A stretch of 64,000 nt of DNA from an uncultured Gemmatimonadales bacterium (GCA_963823035.1 CAWGKG010000018.1:1-64000); one strand, 5' to 3'. Positions 30,729-41,388 are shown, numbered from the stretch's first letter. Notes: generated by a model from the sequence alone, not told the origin. Made by a program: numbers and translations.

Positions 30729-30863
30729 CGCTTCGTGGTGTCCTTTCGGTCGAATAGGCCGAAACCTATCAGGCGCGCGAAGGGTGGCAAACCTCCACGC
30801 GAGAGGCCCCGCGGCGTGCTGCCACGGGGCCTCCTCGTCCATCGCGGAGCGACGGCGTATCCG

Positions 30864-31232
30864 TCAGCTGGTCTTGGCCGCGATTCCTTCCTTGGCACGG
30901 TCCACGAGGGCCGCGAAGGCCTCCGGGGACCGAACGGCCAGGTCGGCCATCGCCTTCCGGTCCATCTCGATGCCGGCCTCCTTGAGGCCGTTGATGAACC
31001 GCGAGTAGGACAGGTCGTGCTGGCGGACCGCCGCGTTGATGCGGGTGATCCACAGGCGACGGAAGTTCCGCTTCTTCTTCTTCCGGTCGCGATACGCGTG
31101 CTCCCACCCCTTCTCCACCGCGTCCTGCGCGGTGCGCCAGAGGTTCTTGCGGCCGCCGAAGTAGCCCTTGGCGACCTTGAAGAGCTTCTTCTTCTTCTTG
31201 TTCCGCGCCGGGGCGGACGTCGAGCGAGGCAT
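30864..31232 (-). CDS. rplT: 50S ribosomal protein L20
   Basis: AKGYFG...AYRDRK...[12 protein letters not shown]. Confidence 0.97.
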   Translation of the reverse strand: MPRSTSAPARNKKKKKLFKVAKGYFGGRKNLWRTAQDAVEKGWEHAYRDRKKKKRNFRRLWITRINAAVRQHDLSYSRFINGLKEAGIEMDRKAMADLAVRSPEAFAALVDRAKEGIAAKTS

Positions 31233-31244
31233 GGATCGTCCTCC

Positions 31245-31446
31245 TTATCCGCCGTAGGGGAGCATCCGGTTCAGCCGCTTCTCGTCGGACTTCGCGACGA
31301 GGTCCGACTTCCGCAGGCGCCGCTTCCGCTTCGTGGTCTTCTTCGTGAGGATGTGGCTCTTGTTCGCCTTGTGCCGCTTGAGCCGGCCGCTGGCCGGTTC
31401 GCTTCAGGCGCTTCGCCGCACCCCGATGGGTCTTCATCTTGGGCAT
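31245..31446 (-). CDS. rpmI: 50S ribosomal protein L35; apparent +1 frameshift near 31392
   Basis: [13 protein letters not shown]. Removing one C restores [20 protein letters not shown]...MLPYGG-stop. Confidence 0.92.
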
Positions 31447-31454
31447 GATCTCAC

Positions 31455-31976
31455 CTACGTCTTGACCTTCAAGGGTGCCAGGATCATCGACATGACCCGG
31501 CCCTCGAAATTCGGGTTCTGCTCCACCTTTCCAACGTCCTGCAAGTCCTCCGTCACGCGGGCCAGCACCTCCAGGCCGAGCTCGGGGTGCGTCACCTGCC
31601 GCCCCCGGAACATCATCGTCAGCTTGACCTTGTTCCCTTCCTCCAGGAACCGCCGCGCGTGGCGGGTCTTGAATTCGTAGTCGTGCTCCTCGATGCCCGG
31701 TCGGAACTTCACTTCCTTGACCTGGATCGTGTGCTGCTTCTTGCGTGCCTCACGTGCCTGCCGGGCCGCCTCGTACTTGTACTTCCCGTAGTCCATCATC
31801 TTGACCACGGGGGGCCGGGCTTCGGGCGCCACCTCCACCAGGTCCAGACCTTTTTCCGCCGCACGATCCCGGGCCTCGTCGATCGAGACGATGCCGATCT
31901 GCTCCCCCTCGTCGCCGATGAGGCGGATGGGGCTGATCCGGATCTGTTCGTTGACGCGGGCTCTCTTGTCGCTGAT
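31455..31976 (-). CDS. infC: Translation initiation factor IF-3, probable AUC start
   Basis: RVNEQI, LDLVEVAP, MDYGKYKYE and MFRGR motifs. A GGAGGT SD lies 7 nt before ATC at 31976; no in-frame ATG nearby. Confidence 0.93.
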   Translation of the reverse strand: MSDKRARVNEQIRISPIRLIGDEGEQIGIVSIDEARDRAAEKGLDLVEVAPEARPPVVKMMDYGKYKYEAARQAREARKKQHTIQVKEVKFRPGIEEHDYEFKTRHARRFLEEGNKVKLTMMFRGRQVTHPELGLEVLARVTEDLQDVGKVEQNPNFEGRVMSMILAPLKVKT

Positions 31977-32039
31977 CTCTGCTACCTCCGACCCTGGGTG
32001 ACCTCGAGGGAAACCCCTTCCCCCGCAGCACAACCACGT

Positions 32040-32067
32040 AAAAAAAAGCCCGAGACTTCGCTCGGGC
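32040..32067 (-). terminator. Intrinsic terminator in the infC leader
   Basis: GCCCGAG-CGAAGT-CTCGGGC followed by T8 on the minus strand. Confidence 0.85.
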
Positions 32068-32215
32068 CGCAACCGGAGTCCGCGGCGGGAGCGTCTACCG
32101 CTTCGCCGGACACCTTGCGACCCTCACGTCGGCCCGACAGCAGGGGGCCCTGAAGGTGGGGCCGCCGGTCCAGCGACCCACTTCTTCGTTGTCGAACCAC
32201 CGCACACGGGTGGTG
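32040..32215 (-). ncRNA. Structured leader of infC-rpmI-rplT (L20-leader-like attenuator candidate)
   Basis: Promoter-like TTGACC-N17-CATTTT (32248-32220), a long hairpin GAAGTGGG...CCCACCTTC, alternative pairing into the terminator arm, then the terminator. Confidence 0.55.
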
Positions 32216-32304
32216 GAAGAAAATGGCGCAAGGCCCCGGCAGGGTCAAGCGCGCAGGTCGCCGGGAGCCCGTGCGCGCGAAGGGACTTCCGCCCGGACGC
32301 CGCC

Positions 32305-33138
32305 TTGGCCAGACTCATCCCGTATCTTGACCCGGCCCTACCCCGATCCCCGGCGATTGACGTGCAACCCAACCCGAAGGTCGCGCCCCCCGCTCCCGGC
32401 CTCGTGTCCGAGTCCCTCGAGGAGGGTCGTTGGCTCTTCCGCTGGCGGAGCTACCCGCCCCTGGTGGTCCTCGCCTACGTCCTCCTCCTGACGTGGGTGG
32501 AGCCTCTCCCCGTGGGGGGACGCTCCGCCGTGGTCCCCTGGGCTGTCGTGGGCATCCTGCTGGGCGCCCTGGGCCTGGCGATCCGGGGATGGACGGTGGG
32601 CCACGTGGCGATCGGCACCTCCGGCCGCGGCACGAAGGAGCTCCGCGCCGAGGAGCTCAACAGCGGCGGGATCTACTCGCTCGTGCGCCACCCCCTCTAT
32701 CTCGGCAACTACTTCATGTGGATCGGGGTGGCCGCCTTCGCGGGCCGACCCGTCCTGCTCTTCGTCACCACCCTGCTCTTCTGGCTCTACTACGAGCGCA
32801 TCATGATGGCCGAGGAGCGCTTTCTCTACGAGCGCTTCGGAGACGCCTTCGCCGCGTGGTCCGCGCGTACCCCACCCTTCGTACCCCGCCTGAGCGGTTG
32901 GAGTCCCTGGCCCTATCCGTTCAGCGTCCGCTTCGTGCTGGGGCGGGACTACCAGGCGCTCTACGGCTTCGTGGCCTCGACGGCGGCGGTGGCCGTGCTG
33001 CGCGCCGCCGTGCTGCACGAGGGGTGGGCGGGAATGCGCGCGTGGGTGATCTACTTCGGCGCGGGGACGCTCGCGTACGTCCTGCTGCACACGCTCAAGC
33101 GGAGGACGCGGTTGCTCGAGCCGGTCGACGCGCGGTAG
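32305..33138 (+). CDS. ICMT/PEMT-family membrane methyltransferase
   Basis: GIYSLVRHPLYLGN and EERFL...FG motifs; several transmembrane helices. Start uncertain (possibly GTG at 32362). Confidence 0.82.
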   Translation: MARLIPYLDPALPRSPAIDVQPNPKVAPPAPGLVSESLEEGRWLFRWRSYPPLVVLAYVLLLTWVEPLPVGGRSAVVPWAVVGILLGALGLAIRGWTVGHVAIGTSGRGTKELRAEELNSGGIYSLVRHPLYLGNYFMWIGVAAFAGRPVLLFVTTLLFWLYYERIMMAEERFLYERFGDAFAAWSARTPPFVPRLSGWSPWPYPFSVRFVLGRDYQALYGFVASTAAVAVLRAAVLHEGWAGMRAWVIYFGAGTLAYVLLHTLKRRTRLLEPVDAR

Positions 33139-33155
33139 AACCCCCTTCTCGATTT

Positions 33156-33222
33156 CCTCTGCGTCCTCTGCGGCCTCTGTGGTAAGAGCAGTTCACCACA
33201 GAGGCCGCAGAGGACGCAGAGG
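33156..33222. repeat. Palindromic intergenic element with 9-bp periodic arms, copy 1
   Basis: CCTCTGCGT-CCTCTGCGG-CCTCTGTGGT, a short spacer, then the reverse-complement arm. Confidence 0.85.
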
Positions 33223-33280
33223 TACTGATCTTGTTGGGTACCGCGCGGGGGCCTCACGGTGGCCCGCCGCCCCCTCCCGC

Positions 33281-35203
33281 TCAGTCCAGGGCGCGCGTGC
33301 GGATCCGCTCCGCCACCACCTCCACGAAGTCCGCGCGCGGCATGACCTCCTGCTTCCTCCCGGCGCCACGCTTTCGCACCGCCACCGTGCCGTCGGCGGC
33401 CTCGCGCTCCCCGACCACCGCCATGAAGGGGATCTTCAGCGTCTCGGCCTCGCGGATGCGGTAGCCGAGCGTCTCGCGGGCCTCGACACGGGCGCGCACA
33501 CCCGCCTTCTCGAGGTCGCTCGCGAGCGACTCCGCGCTCTCGATCCACGGCTCGGAGATGGGGAGCACGCGCACCTGCTCGGGGGAGAGCCACGTGGGGA
33601 ACGCTCCCGCGTAGTGCTCGATCAGTCCGCCCACGAAACGCTCCATCGAGCCGACCAGCACTCGGTGCAGCATGACCGGGCGATGTGCCTGGTTGTCCTC
33701 GCCGACGTACTCCATCTCGAAGCGGTCAGGGAGGTTGAAGTCGAGCTGCACCGTCGGACCCTGCCACGCCCGGCCGATCGCGTCGATGAGCTTGAAGTCG
33801 AGCTTGGGCCCGTAGAAGGCCCCCCCGCCCTCGTCGATCTCGAACGGCACGCCGCGCTCCTTCAGGACGCCGGACAGCAACTCGATCGCGCCGTTCCAGT
33901 CCTCGTCCGAGCCCAGCGCCTTCTCGGGCTTCGTCGACAGCTCGATCGCGTAGGGGTAGCCGAACGTCGTGAGCATCTCGTCGACCAGGTCGAGGAGGCG
34001 GCCGATCTCGTCGGGTACCTGTTCCGGCGTGCAGAAGACGTGCGCGTCGTCCTGCGTGAAGCCGCGGACACGGAGCATGCCGTGCAGGACGCCGCTCCGT
34101 TCGTAGCGGTAGCACGTGCCGAACTCGGCCATGCGGATGGGCAGATCGCGGTAGGAGTGCTGGTTCGCCTGGAAGACCGCGATGTGGCCGGGGCAGTTCA
34201 TGGGCTTGGGGCGGTAGCGCGCGCCCTCCACCTCCATCGCGCCGAACATGTTCTCCTTGAAGTTCTCCAGGTGCCCGGAGATCTCGAACAGCCGCTCGCT
34301 CATGATGTGCGGCGTGTAGACGATCTGATAGCCGTGGCGCAGGATCAGGTCGCGCTCGTAGTTCTCGATCTCCATGCGGACGAGGGCGCCCTTCGGGTGC
34401 CAGAGGATGAGCCCCTGCCCCACGCGCTCGTCCGTGCTGAACAGGTCGAGCTCCCTGCCGAGCCGGCGGTGGTCGCGCTTCTTGGCCTCCTCCAGCCGCT
34501 CCAGGTGCTCGTCCAACTCGTTCTGCTTGAAGAACGCCGTCCCGTAGATCCGCTGCAGCATCTGGCGCTTTTCGTCGCCCCTCCAGTAGGCGCCGGCGCC
34601 CGACAGCAGCTTGAAGTGCTTGAGCCGCCCCGTGCTCGGCACGTGCGGACCGCGACACAGGTCGAGGAAGGCGCCGTCGCGGTAGACCGTGATCACCTCG
34701 TCGTCGCCGAACTCCTCGAGCCGCTCGAGCTTGAGCGGATCGTCGGCGAACAACGCACGCGCCTCCTCCTTCGTGACGCGCCGCCGCTCGAAGGGGAGAT
34801 CCTCGCGCACGACCTCGCCCATCTTCGCCTCGAAGGCCTCGAGGTCCTCCGGCGTGAAGGGCGCTTCGACTTCGAAGTCGTAGTAGAATCCGTCGTCGAT
34901 GGCCGGGCCGAAGCCGATCCCAGCACCCGGGCGCAGCTCGCGCACCGCCGTGGCCAGGACGTGCGCGGCCGAGTGGCGCAGCACCGGGAGAGCTTCGGCG
35001 TCCTTCTCCGTCAGGATGCGGATGGACGTGTCATCCTCGATCGGCGTCATCAGGTCGACCGTGGCGCCGTCGATGACCGCCGCCACGGCCGCCTTGGCCA
35101 GCCCGGGGCCGATGGAGCGCGCGACGTCGCCGGCCGTCGAGCCGCTCGGCAGCTCGAGGACGTCGCCGTTGGGAAGCGTGATGCGGATCTGCTCGCTGGA
35201 CAT
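33281..35203 (-). CDS. thrS: Threonine--tRNA ligase
   Basis: TGS domain, RHSAAHVLA, DLCRGPH, KPMNCPGH, RVRGFTQDDAH and GAFYGPK motifs. Confidence 0.98.
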   Translation of the reverse strand: MSSEQIRITLPNGDVLELPSGSTAGDVARSIGPGLAKAAVAAVIDGATVDLMTPIEDDTSIRILTEKDAEALPVLRHSAAHVLATAVRELRPGAGIGFGPAIDDGFYYDFEVEAPFTPEDLEAFEAKMGEVVREDLPFERRRVTKEEARALFADDPLKLERLEEFGDDEVITVYRDGAFLDLCRGPHVPSTGRLKHFKLLSGAGAYWRGDEKRQMLQRIYGTAFFKQNELDEHLERLEEAKKRDHRRLGRELDLFSTDERVGQGLILWHPKGALVRMEIENYERDLILRHGYQIVYTPHIMSERLFEISGHLENFKENMFGAMEVEGARYRPKPMNCPGHIAVFQANQHSYRDLPIRMAEFGTCYRYERSGVLHGMLRVRGFTQDDAHVFCTPEQVPDEIGRLLDLVDEMLTTFGYPYAIELSTKPEKALGSDEDWNGAIELLSGVLKERGVPFEIDEGGGAFYGPKLDFKLIDAIGRAWQGPTVQLDFNLPDRFEMEYVGEDNQAHRPVMLHRVLVGSMERFVGGLIEHYAGAFPTWLSPEQVRVLPISEPWIESAESLASDLEKAGVRARVEARETLGYRIREAETLKIPFMAVVGEREAADGTVAVRKRGAGRKQEVMPRADFVEVVAERIRTRALD

Positions 35204-35264
35204 GGTTCTCGTGGTTCGGTTCGGGTGGTCCGCTACGATCGAGATCGGACGCCCGGGGGTCAAT

Positions 35265-35298
35265 GAAAAGCGCGGCTCCCGGGGTGCGGGGCCGCGCT
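35265..35298 (-). terminator. Attenuator terminator upstream of thrS
   Basis: AGCGCGGC...GCCGCGCT followed by TTTC on the minus strand, about 25 nt after the leader stop. Confidence 0.75.
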
Positions 35299-35323
35299 CT
35301 CGGTCGGTCTGATCGCCTCTGCC

Positions 35324-35401
35324 CTAACCGACGTGCACGTCCCCCGGGCCGGTGGTCCGGCCGGTCGTCGTGGTCGTGTCGGTCGTTCGGCGCGCGGACA
35401 T
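35324..35401 (-). CDS. Thr-rich leader peptide MSARRTTDTTTTTGRTTGPGDVHVG
   Basis: AGGAG SD, ATG at 35401, 9 Thr in 25 codons, TAG at 35324-35326. Directly upstream of the terminator and thrS. Confidence 0.85.
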   Translation of the reverse strand: MSARRTTDTTTTTGRTTGPGDVHVG

Positions 35402-35436
35402 CGGAGTCCTGCTCCTGGGCTGAGGATCGTCGCCCA

Positions 35437-35465
35437 AGAATCGCCCGCGCGTGCGGTGAGGTCAA
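35437..35465 (-). promoter_or_regulatory. Sigma-70-like promoter for the thrS leader
   Basis: TTGACC-N17-GATTCT. Confidence 0.5.
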
Positions 35466-35555
35466 TGGGCCCGTCGCGCGGCGCCTGACCGGAATCCCAC
35501 TCGTTTCGCGCAATGCGCAGCGAGCCGACGATGCACCTCATCGACCCGAGGTCCC

Positions 35556-36020
35556 ATGCGCAGACGAGCCCCTTCCCTTTTCGCCTTCGCCCTCGCGTTC
35601 GCCCTCACGGGCTGCGCCAGCGACTCGCCCACGGGCCCGGACGCGCTCGGCGACGTGTTCATGACCGCTACGATCGACGGCACGCCCTGGACAGCCACGA
35701 TCGGCTTCACGGCCGCCAACAACGCGGGGATCCTGGCCTTCGCCGGATCGGATCCCTCGCAGCGCACGCTCGGCGTCGGCCTTACGCCCGTGGACGGCAC
35801 CGGCACCTACGCCGTGGGGATCAACCAGCCCACGAACGCCAACTACAGCGAGGGCGGCGGTACGAACTGGACCGCGATCACGTCGACCGGGAGCGGCTCG
35901 GTCACGCTGACCGAACTGTCCGACACCGGCGCATCGGGCACCTTCTCCTTCACGCTGAAGTCCGACTCGGGCGGGCCCGACCGGGTGGTCACCGACGGGA
36001 AGTTCTCCGTGACGTTCTAG
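35556..36020 (+). CDS. Hypothetical lipoprotein (beta-rich)
   Basis: Lipobox LTGC; Thr/Gly-rich strands (SGTFSFTL...VTDGKFSV). Confidence 0.75.
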   Translation: MRRRAPSLFAFALAFALTGCASDSPTGPDALGDVFMTATIDGTPWTATIGFTAANNAGILAFAGSDPSQRTLGVGLTPVDGTGTYAVGINQPTNANYSEGGGTNWTAITSTGSGSVTLTELSDTGASGTFSFTLKSDSGGPDRVVTDGKFSVTF

Positions 36021-37302
36021 AAGCACCTCCGCCCTGCGCGCAGAACCGGACGATCGCCACGGCGAGCGTACGCGCCGTAGCCACCAGGTCCGCCACGGAC
36101 ACCCATTCGTCGGGCCGATGCGCCCTGCGGATGTCACCCGGCCCGAAGAGCACGCCCGGCGTGTGCGCGACGCCCGTGAGCAAGCCCAGATCCGCGCCGT
36201 ACGTCATGCCCTCGAGCGCCGGCTCGTGACCCAGCACCGCAGTCGCGGCCGACCGTACGGCCCGCACGAGTGGATGATCGGTCGGGGTACGGGCCGCGAG
36301 GAAGCGCCCACCCCACCAGCTCAACGTGGGCGGGTGGTCACGCAGCCACGCGTCGCCGGCCGCGGCGCCGTCCAGTGCCGCCGCCAGCTCCCGGCGGGCG
36401 TCCTCCGGCACCTCGCCGGGTGCGAGGCCCATCCTTCCCTCCACGGTCACGTGATCGGGCACGGAGGAGGCCCAGTCGCCCCCCCGGACGGTCCCGACGC
36501 AGATCGGGAACGGGAGGCGATGCGCCGCGAAGAGCGCGTCGCCCCCGAGGCGTCCGTTGCGCTCCTCTTCGAGTTGGCGCAGCGCCGCGTGCACGCCGAA
36601 GAGCTTTTCCAGTGCGCTCACACCCTCCTCGCGCACCGCGCCGTGGGCGGCGAGGCCGGGCACGCGGATGCGGAAGTTCACCACGCCGGCCTGCGCGGGC
36701 GCGACGGCCAGGTCGGTCGGCTCCATCACGACGGCGCCGTCCGCCCGGTAGCCGCGAAGGACGGCCGCGAGCGTCCCGCTGCCACCGTCCTCCTCGCCGA
36801 CCACGCTCATCAGGTGTACGGATCCTCCCAGCGCGACGCCCGCCCTCCGCACCGCCGCGACCGCCTGGAGCCCTGCGGCCAACGCGCCTTTCATGTCGAG
36901 GGCGCCGCGTCCGTACAGCCGGCCATCCTCCACCACGCCGGCGAAGGGGGGATGCAGCCAGAGTCCCGCATCCCCGGGGGGCACCACATCCACGTGGCCG
37001 TTCAGGATCAGGCTACGGCCGCCGCCCTTCCCCGGCAGCGTTCCCACCACACCGAGCGCCCGGTCCCGCTCGATCTCCGCGGCGTAGTGGGGATGGTCGG
37101 CGAGCGCCGCCATGTCGATCTCCCAGGCGTCGACCTCGAGTCCGGCATCGGCCATCAACTCGGCCATCGCCTCCTGCGCCGGCGTCTCCTTCCCGTCCCA
37201 GCTCGGGATGCGCACGAGCCTCCGCGCAGCCGCCACGAGCGCGTCGGCGTCGACGCCCTCTGCTGCGCGCGCCTCCAGGGGGGTGAGCAGCGGCCCGCTC
37301 AT
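35989..37302 (-). CDS. ArgE/DapE-family (M20) deacylase
   Basis: LNGHVDVVP, GRGALDMKG, VGEEDGG and AHRPDE motifs. Confidence 0.9.
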   Translation of the reverse strand: MSGPLLTPLEARAAEGVDADALVAAARRLVRIPSWDGKETPAQEAMAELMADAGLEVDAWEIDMAALADHPHYAAEIERDRALGVVGTLPGKGGGRSLILNGHVDVVPPGDAGLWLHPPFAGVVEDGRLYGRGALDMKGALAAGLQAVAAVRRAGVALGGSVHLMSVVGEEDGGSGTLAAVLRGYRADGAVVMEPTDLAVAPAQAGVVNFRIRVPGLAAHGAVREEGVSALEKLFGVHAALRQLEEERNGRLGGDALFAAHRLPFPICVGTVRGGDWASSVPDHVTVEGRMGLAPGEVPEDARRELAAALDGAAAGDAWLRDHPPTLSWWGGRFLAARTPTDHPLVRAVRSAATAVLGHEPALEGMTYGADLGLLTGVAHTPGVLFGPGDIRRAHRPDEWVSVADLVATARTLAVAIVRFCAQGGGASRTSRRTSRR

Positions 37303-37503
37303 ACCACCGCCCGTCGGAGCGGTGCGTCGCGCCCGGCGATGAGGTCGCCCGGGTCCCCGATGCCCGGCGTCCCGGGGCCCGGCCCTGTCCGCTCCGTCAC
37401 ACTCGTTCCTCACTCCTTGGATGGGATCCGTGGCGCGGCAAGGTAACGCGCCCGGACGCCGCTCGCGCCGGACTCCAGCCCCACTCCACCGGGCCCGGCT
37501 CGC

Positions 37504-38025
37504 CTACCGCGCGAGGAGGAAGCGGTTCGAGATGCGTTGGGTCAGCGGCAGGGCGCTGGCGGGATCGACGGGGCCTCCGTCCCACGACGACACGGCTCGG
37601 TGCCAGAGCAGGCGGTACACCCCGCCGACCTCCGCGAAGGCGAACGCCGGCACCACGTTCGAGCCGGCGGGCGCACCGAAGACCCGTAGCGTGTCCGCGA
37701 GCGTGCCCCCGGGAGGGACGACCACCGGCGGACTCGCACACGCACCGCTGAACGGCGTCCAGGCGTCGAACCACGCGCCGTTCCGCTCCACCTGGAGGAG
37801 AGGGCGCACGTCCCCCTCGCAGTTGGGGAGCCAGACGGTGTCGCCCGTCTCGTTGTGGAAGGTCCACGGGATGGTGGTACGGTAGCCGAGCACTTCGCGG
37901 CGAAGCTCGTAGCGCAGGGCGGACGTCTGCAGGAGCGCGTTGCCGTCCCGTTCGGGTGCGGGCTTCGCGCACGCGGCGGCGACGAGGACGACCACCACGA
38001 CCACGCCCCCGAGGACGAGCTTCAT
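37504..38025 (-). CDS. Hypothetical lipoprotein with an Ig-like fold
   Basis: Lipobox AAAC after a hydrophobic stretch; two further Cys residues; GVYRL. Confidence 0.6.
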   Translation of the reverse strand: MKLVLGGVVVVVVLVAAACAKPAPERDGNALLQTSALRYELRREVLGYRTTIPWTFHNETGDTVWLPNCEGDVRPLLQVERNGAWFDAWTPFSGACASPPVVVPPGGTLADTLRVFGAPAGSNVVPAFAFAEVGGVYRLLWHRAVSSWDGGPVDPASALPLTQRISNRFLLAR

Positions 38026-38109
38026 GCGATGCCGGGCGGCCACCCGGCGGCGGGCTCCCCGACCCACGGCCACGCGACGAAGTCCGTCAGCGGAGGCTCC
38101 CCGCACGGG

Positions 38110-39030
38110 TCAATCGGAGCCCAGCGCGTCGCACGCCACCACACGCCATCTCCCGTCGCCGGGCCGCACGGTGCATTGGTACACGGAGGCCGTCGGCCCG
38201 TCCGCGTAGTAGCCGGCACGCACCCGTACCACGTCGGACCCGGTGTACTCCGGGAGGTCGGTCCACAGGGCCGCGGCCTCCTCGCCGGTACGCTCCAGCA
38301 GAAGCCGTGCACCGTGCACCCCCGGGAACGCGTGGTCCAGATCGATCCGGCAGTCCGTGGCAGGGACCACAGGGATCGGGGCGCTCGCCAGGAGCCGCAT
38401 GAGGGAACTGGGCGGATCGAGGAGCGGGAGGCCCGGGCCCACACCGATGCACAGCGCCCGGTTCGCGGCGGCGATGGGCGGCTCGTCCCGCTCCGCCAGG
38501 AGGTGCGCGAGCACCTCCGCCTGGATCTCCACGTCGTCCACGCTCAACCGACCGCGCGACAGCCCGCCCTCGAGCGCGAGCGGCACGTACCGGCCGCTGG
38601 CGTCCTTCGAGACGGCCATCCGGGTAACGACCGGGAAGCTGACCCACGCCTCCACGGAGACGCCGTCCCTCGAGGCCGGGTCCCAGCGTGCATCGCCTGA
38701 CGCCGCGAGCGCGACCCGATCGTATTCGGCGTCTCCGGACCGCGTGAGCACGCACGCATGCGAGATCCTGCCGTCCCGCTGGACCAGCGCCTGCACGACC
38801 GTGACGCGGCTGAGACGCGTATGGTAATGCGACTCCACGGCCGCACCCACCGCGTCCGCGTTGCGCAACTCGGGGGCTCCGTCCACGAAGACCGGAAGTG
38901 CACCGGGTGCCGAGCGGAAGAGGTCGTCGCAGCGGGTGACCAGCTCCGGTGCGCCGCGCGGCACCAACGCGCACGCCTGCAGCAGGACCGTCACCAGGAC
39001 GGAAGCCGAGGCTCCGTGCATCGGGTCCAT
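38110..39030 (-). CDS. Lipoprotein with a TonB C-terminal-like domain
   Basis: LQAC lipobox; VVQALVQRDGRI...RSGDAEYDRVAL...WDPASRDGVSV...FPV resembles TonB_C. Confidence 0.55.
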   Translation of the reverse strand: MDPMHGASASVLVTVLLQACALVPRGAPELVTRCDDLFRSAPGALPVFVDGAPELRNADAVGAAVESHYHTRLSRVTVVQALVQRDGRISHACVLTRSGDAEYDRVALAASGDARWDPASRDGVSVEAWVSFPVVTRMAVSKDASGRYVPLALEGGLSRGRLSVDDVEIQAEVLAHLLAERDEPPIAAANRALCIGVGPGLPLLDPPSSLMRLLASAPIPVVPATDCRIDLDHAFPGVHGARLLLERTGEEAAALWTDLPEYTGSDVVRVRAGYYADGPTASVYQCTVRPGDGRWRVVACDALGSD

Positions 39031-39247
39031 CGAAAAACCCTCGACACGCTAAGGGAGGGCCCGCTCCGTGCTCGCGATCCACCCTTCGAGGGCAGTGGGC
39101 CCGGACGCCCCCGACAGGGCGCCGCGCACGGCCAAGCGGGCAGGAATGCCGCGGAAGGGTTGGCCGCTATCTCAAGGTAGCCGGCGCGAAGGGTCGGGCG
39201 CCGCCGGGAGAATACCCACGGAAGGGGGCGGAATTGCCCCACAAGCG

Positions 39248-39281
39248 AAAAGGCCCGGCCACCGCGATGGTGACCGGGCCC
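39248..39281 (-). terminator. Terminator downstream of groEL
   Basis: GGCCCGGTCACC...GGTGGCCGGGCC followed by TTTT on the minus strand. Confidence 0.75.
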
Positions 39282-39322
39282 TTCCGGCGCGACCGGCGAA
39301 GCGCCGGAGGCGTTTCGCCGGC

Positions 39323-40972
<1,650 letters not shown>

Positions 40973-40995
40973 TTATTCGTCGATTGCGGGTGCGG

Positions 40996-41301
40996 TCAGC
41001 TGATCACCGCGAGGATGTCGGACTCGCGGAGGATGAGGTACTCGTCCCCATCGAGCGTGACGTCCGTACCGCTGTACTTCCCATACAGAACCTTGTCGCC
41101 GACCTTCACGTCCATGTCGATGCGGGCGCCCTCGTCGGACAGTTTGCCCGGACCCACGGCCACGACTTCACCCTGGGAGGGCTTTTCCTTCGCCGTGTCG
41201 GGGATGTAGAGACCGCCGCGCATCTGTTCGGCGTCATCGAGGGCCTTGATTACCACACGGTCAGCCAAGGGCTGGATCTTGCTGGCTGCTTTCTTGGCCA
41301 T
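40996..41301 (-). CDS. groS: Co-chaperonin GroES
   Basis: [19 protein letters not shown] and VAVGPG motifs. Confidence 0.98.
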   Translation of the reverse strand: MAKKAASKIQPLADRVVIKALDDAEQMRGGLYIPDTAKEKPSQGEVVAVGPGKLSDEGARIDMDVKVGDKVLYGKYSGTDVTLDGDEYLILRESDILAVIS

Positions 41302-41361
41302 CGGCCTTCCTCCTCTTTTGAAAAAGGCTGAGTGACGGAGCTTCGGGGTGGACCCCCCTCG

Positions 41362-41388
41362 TTAGCACTCATGATAGACGAGTGCTAA
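41362..41388. promoter_or_regulatory. CIRCE element (HrcA operator)
   Basis: Perfect TTAGCACTC-N9-GAGTGCTAA; TTGACA -35 on the minus strand at 41421-41426. Confidence 0.95.

Noticed and set aside
30729..30863. PheM-like leader peptide before pheS
   Set aside because: No Phe-rich short ORF. There is only a GC hairpin (about 30802-30832) without a U tract.
31245..31446. Programmed frameshifting in rpmI, pheT, secD or secF
   Set aside because: No consistent slippery sequences or stimulatory structures were seen, and the number of breaks fits sequencing error better.
33156..33222. CRISPR array or short ORFs (PQRTQRTQR) at the 9-bp repeats
   Set aside because: There are no unique spacers and no cas genes. 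The structure is a palindrome, and the peptide repeat is a by-product of its periodicity.
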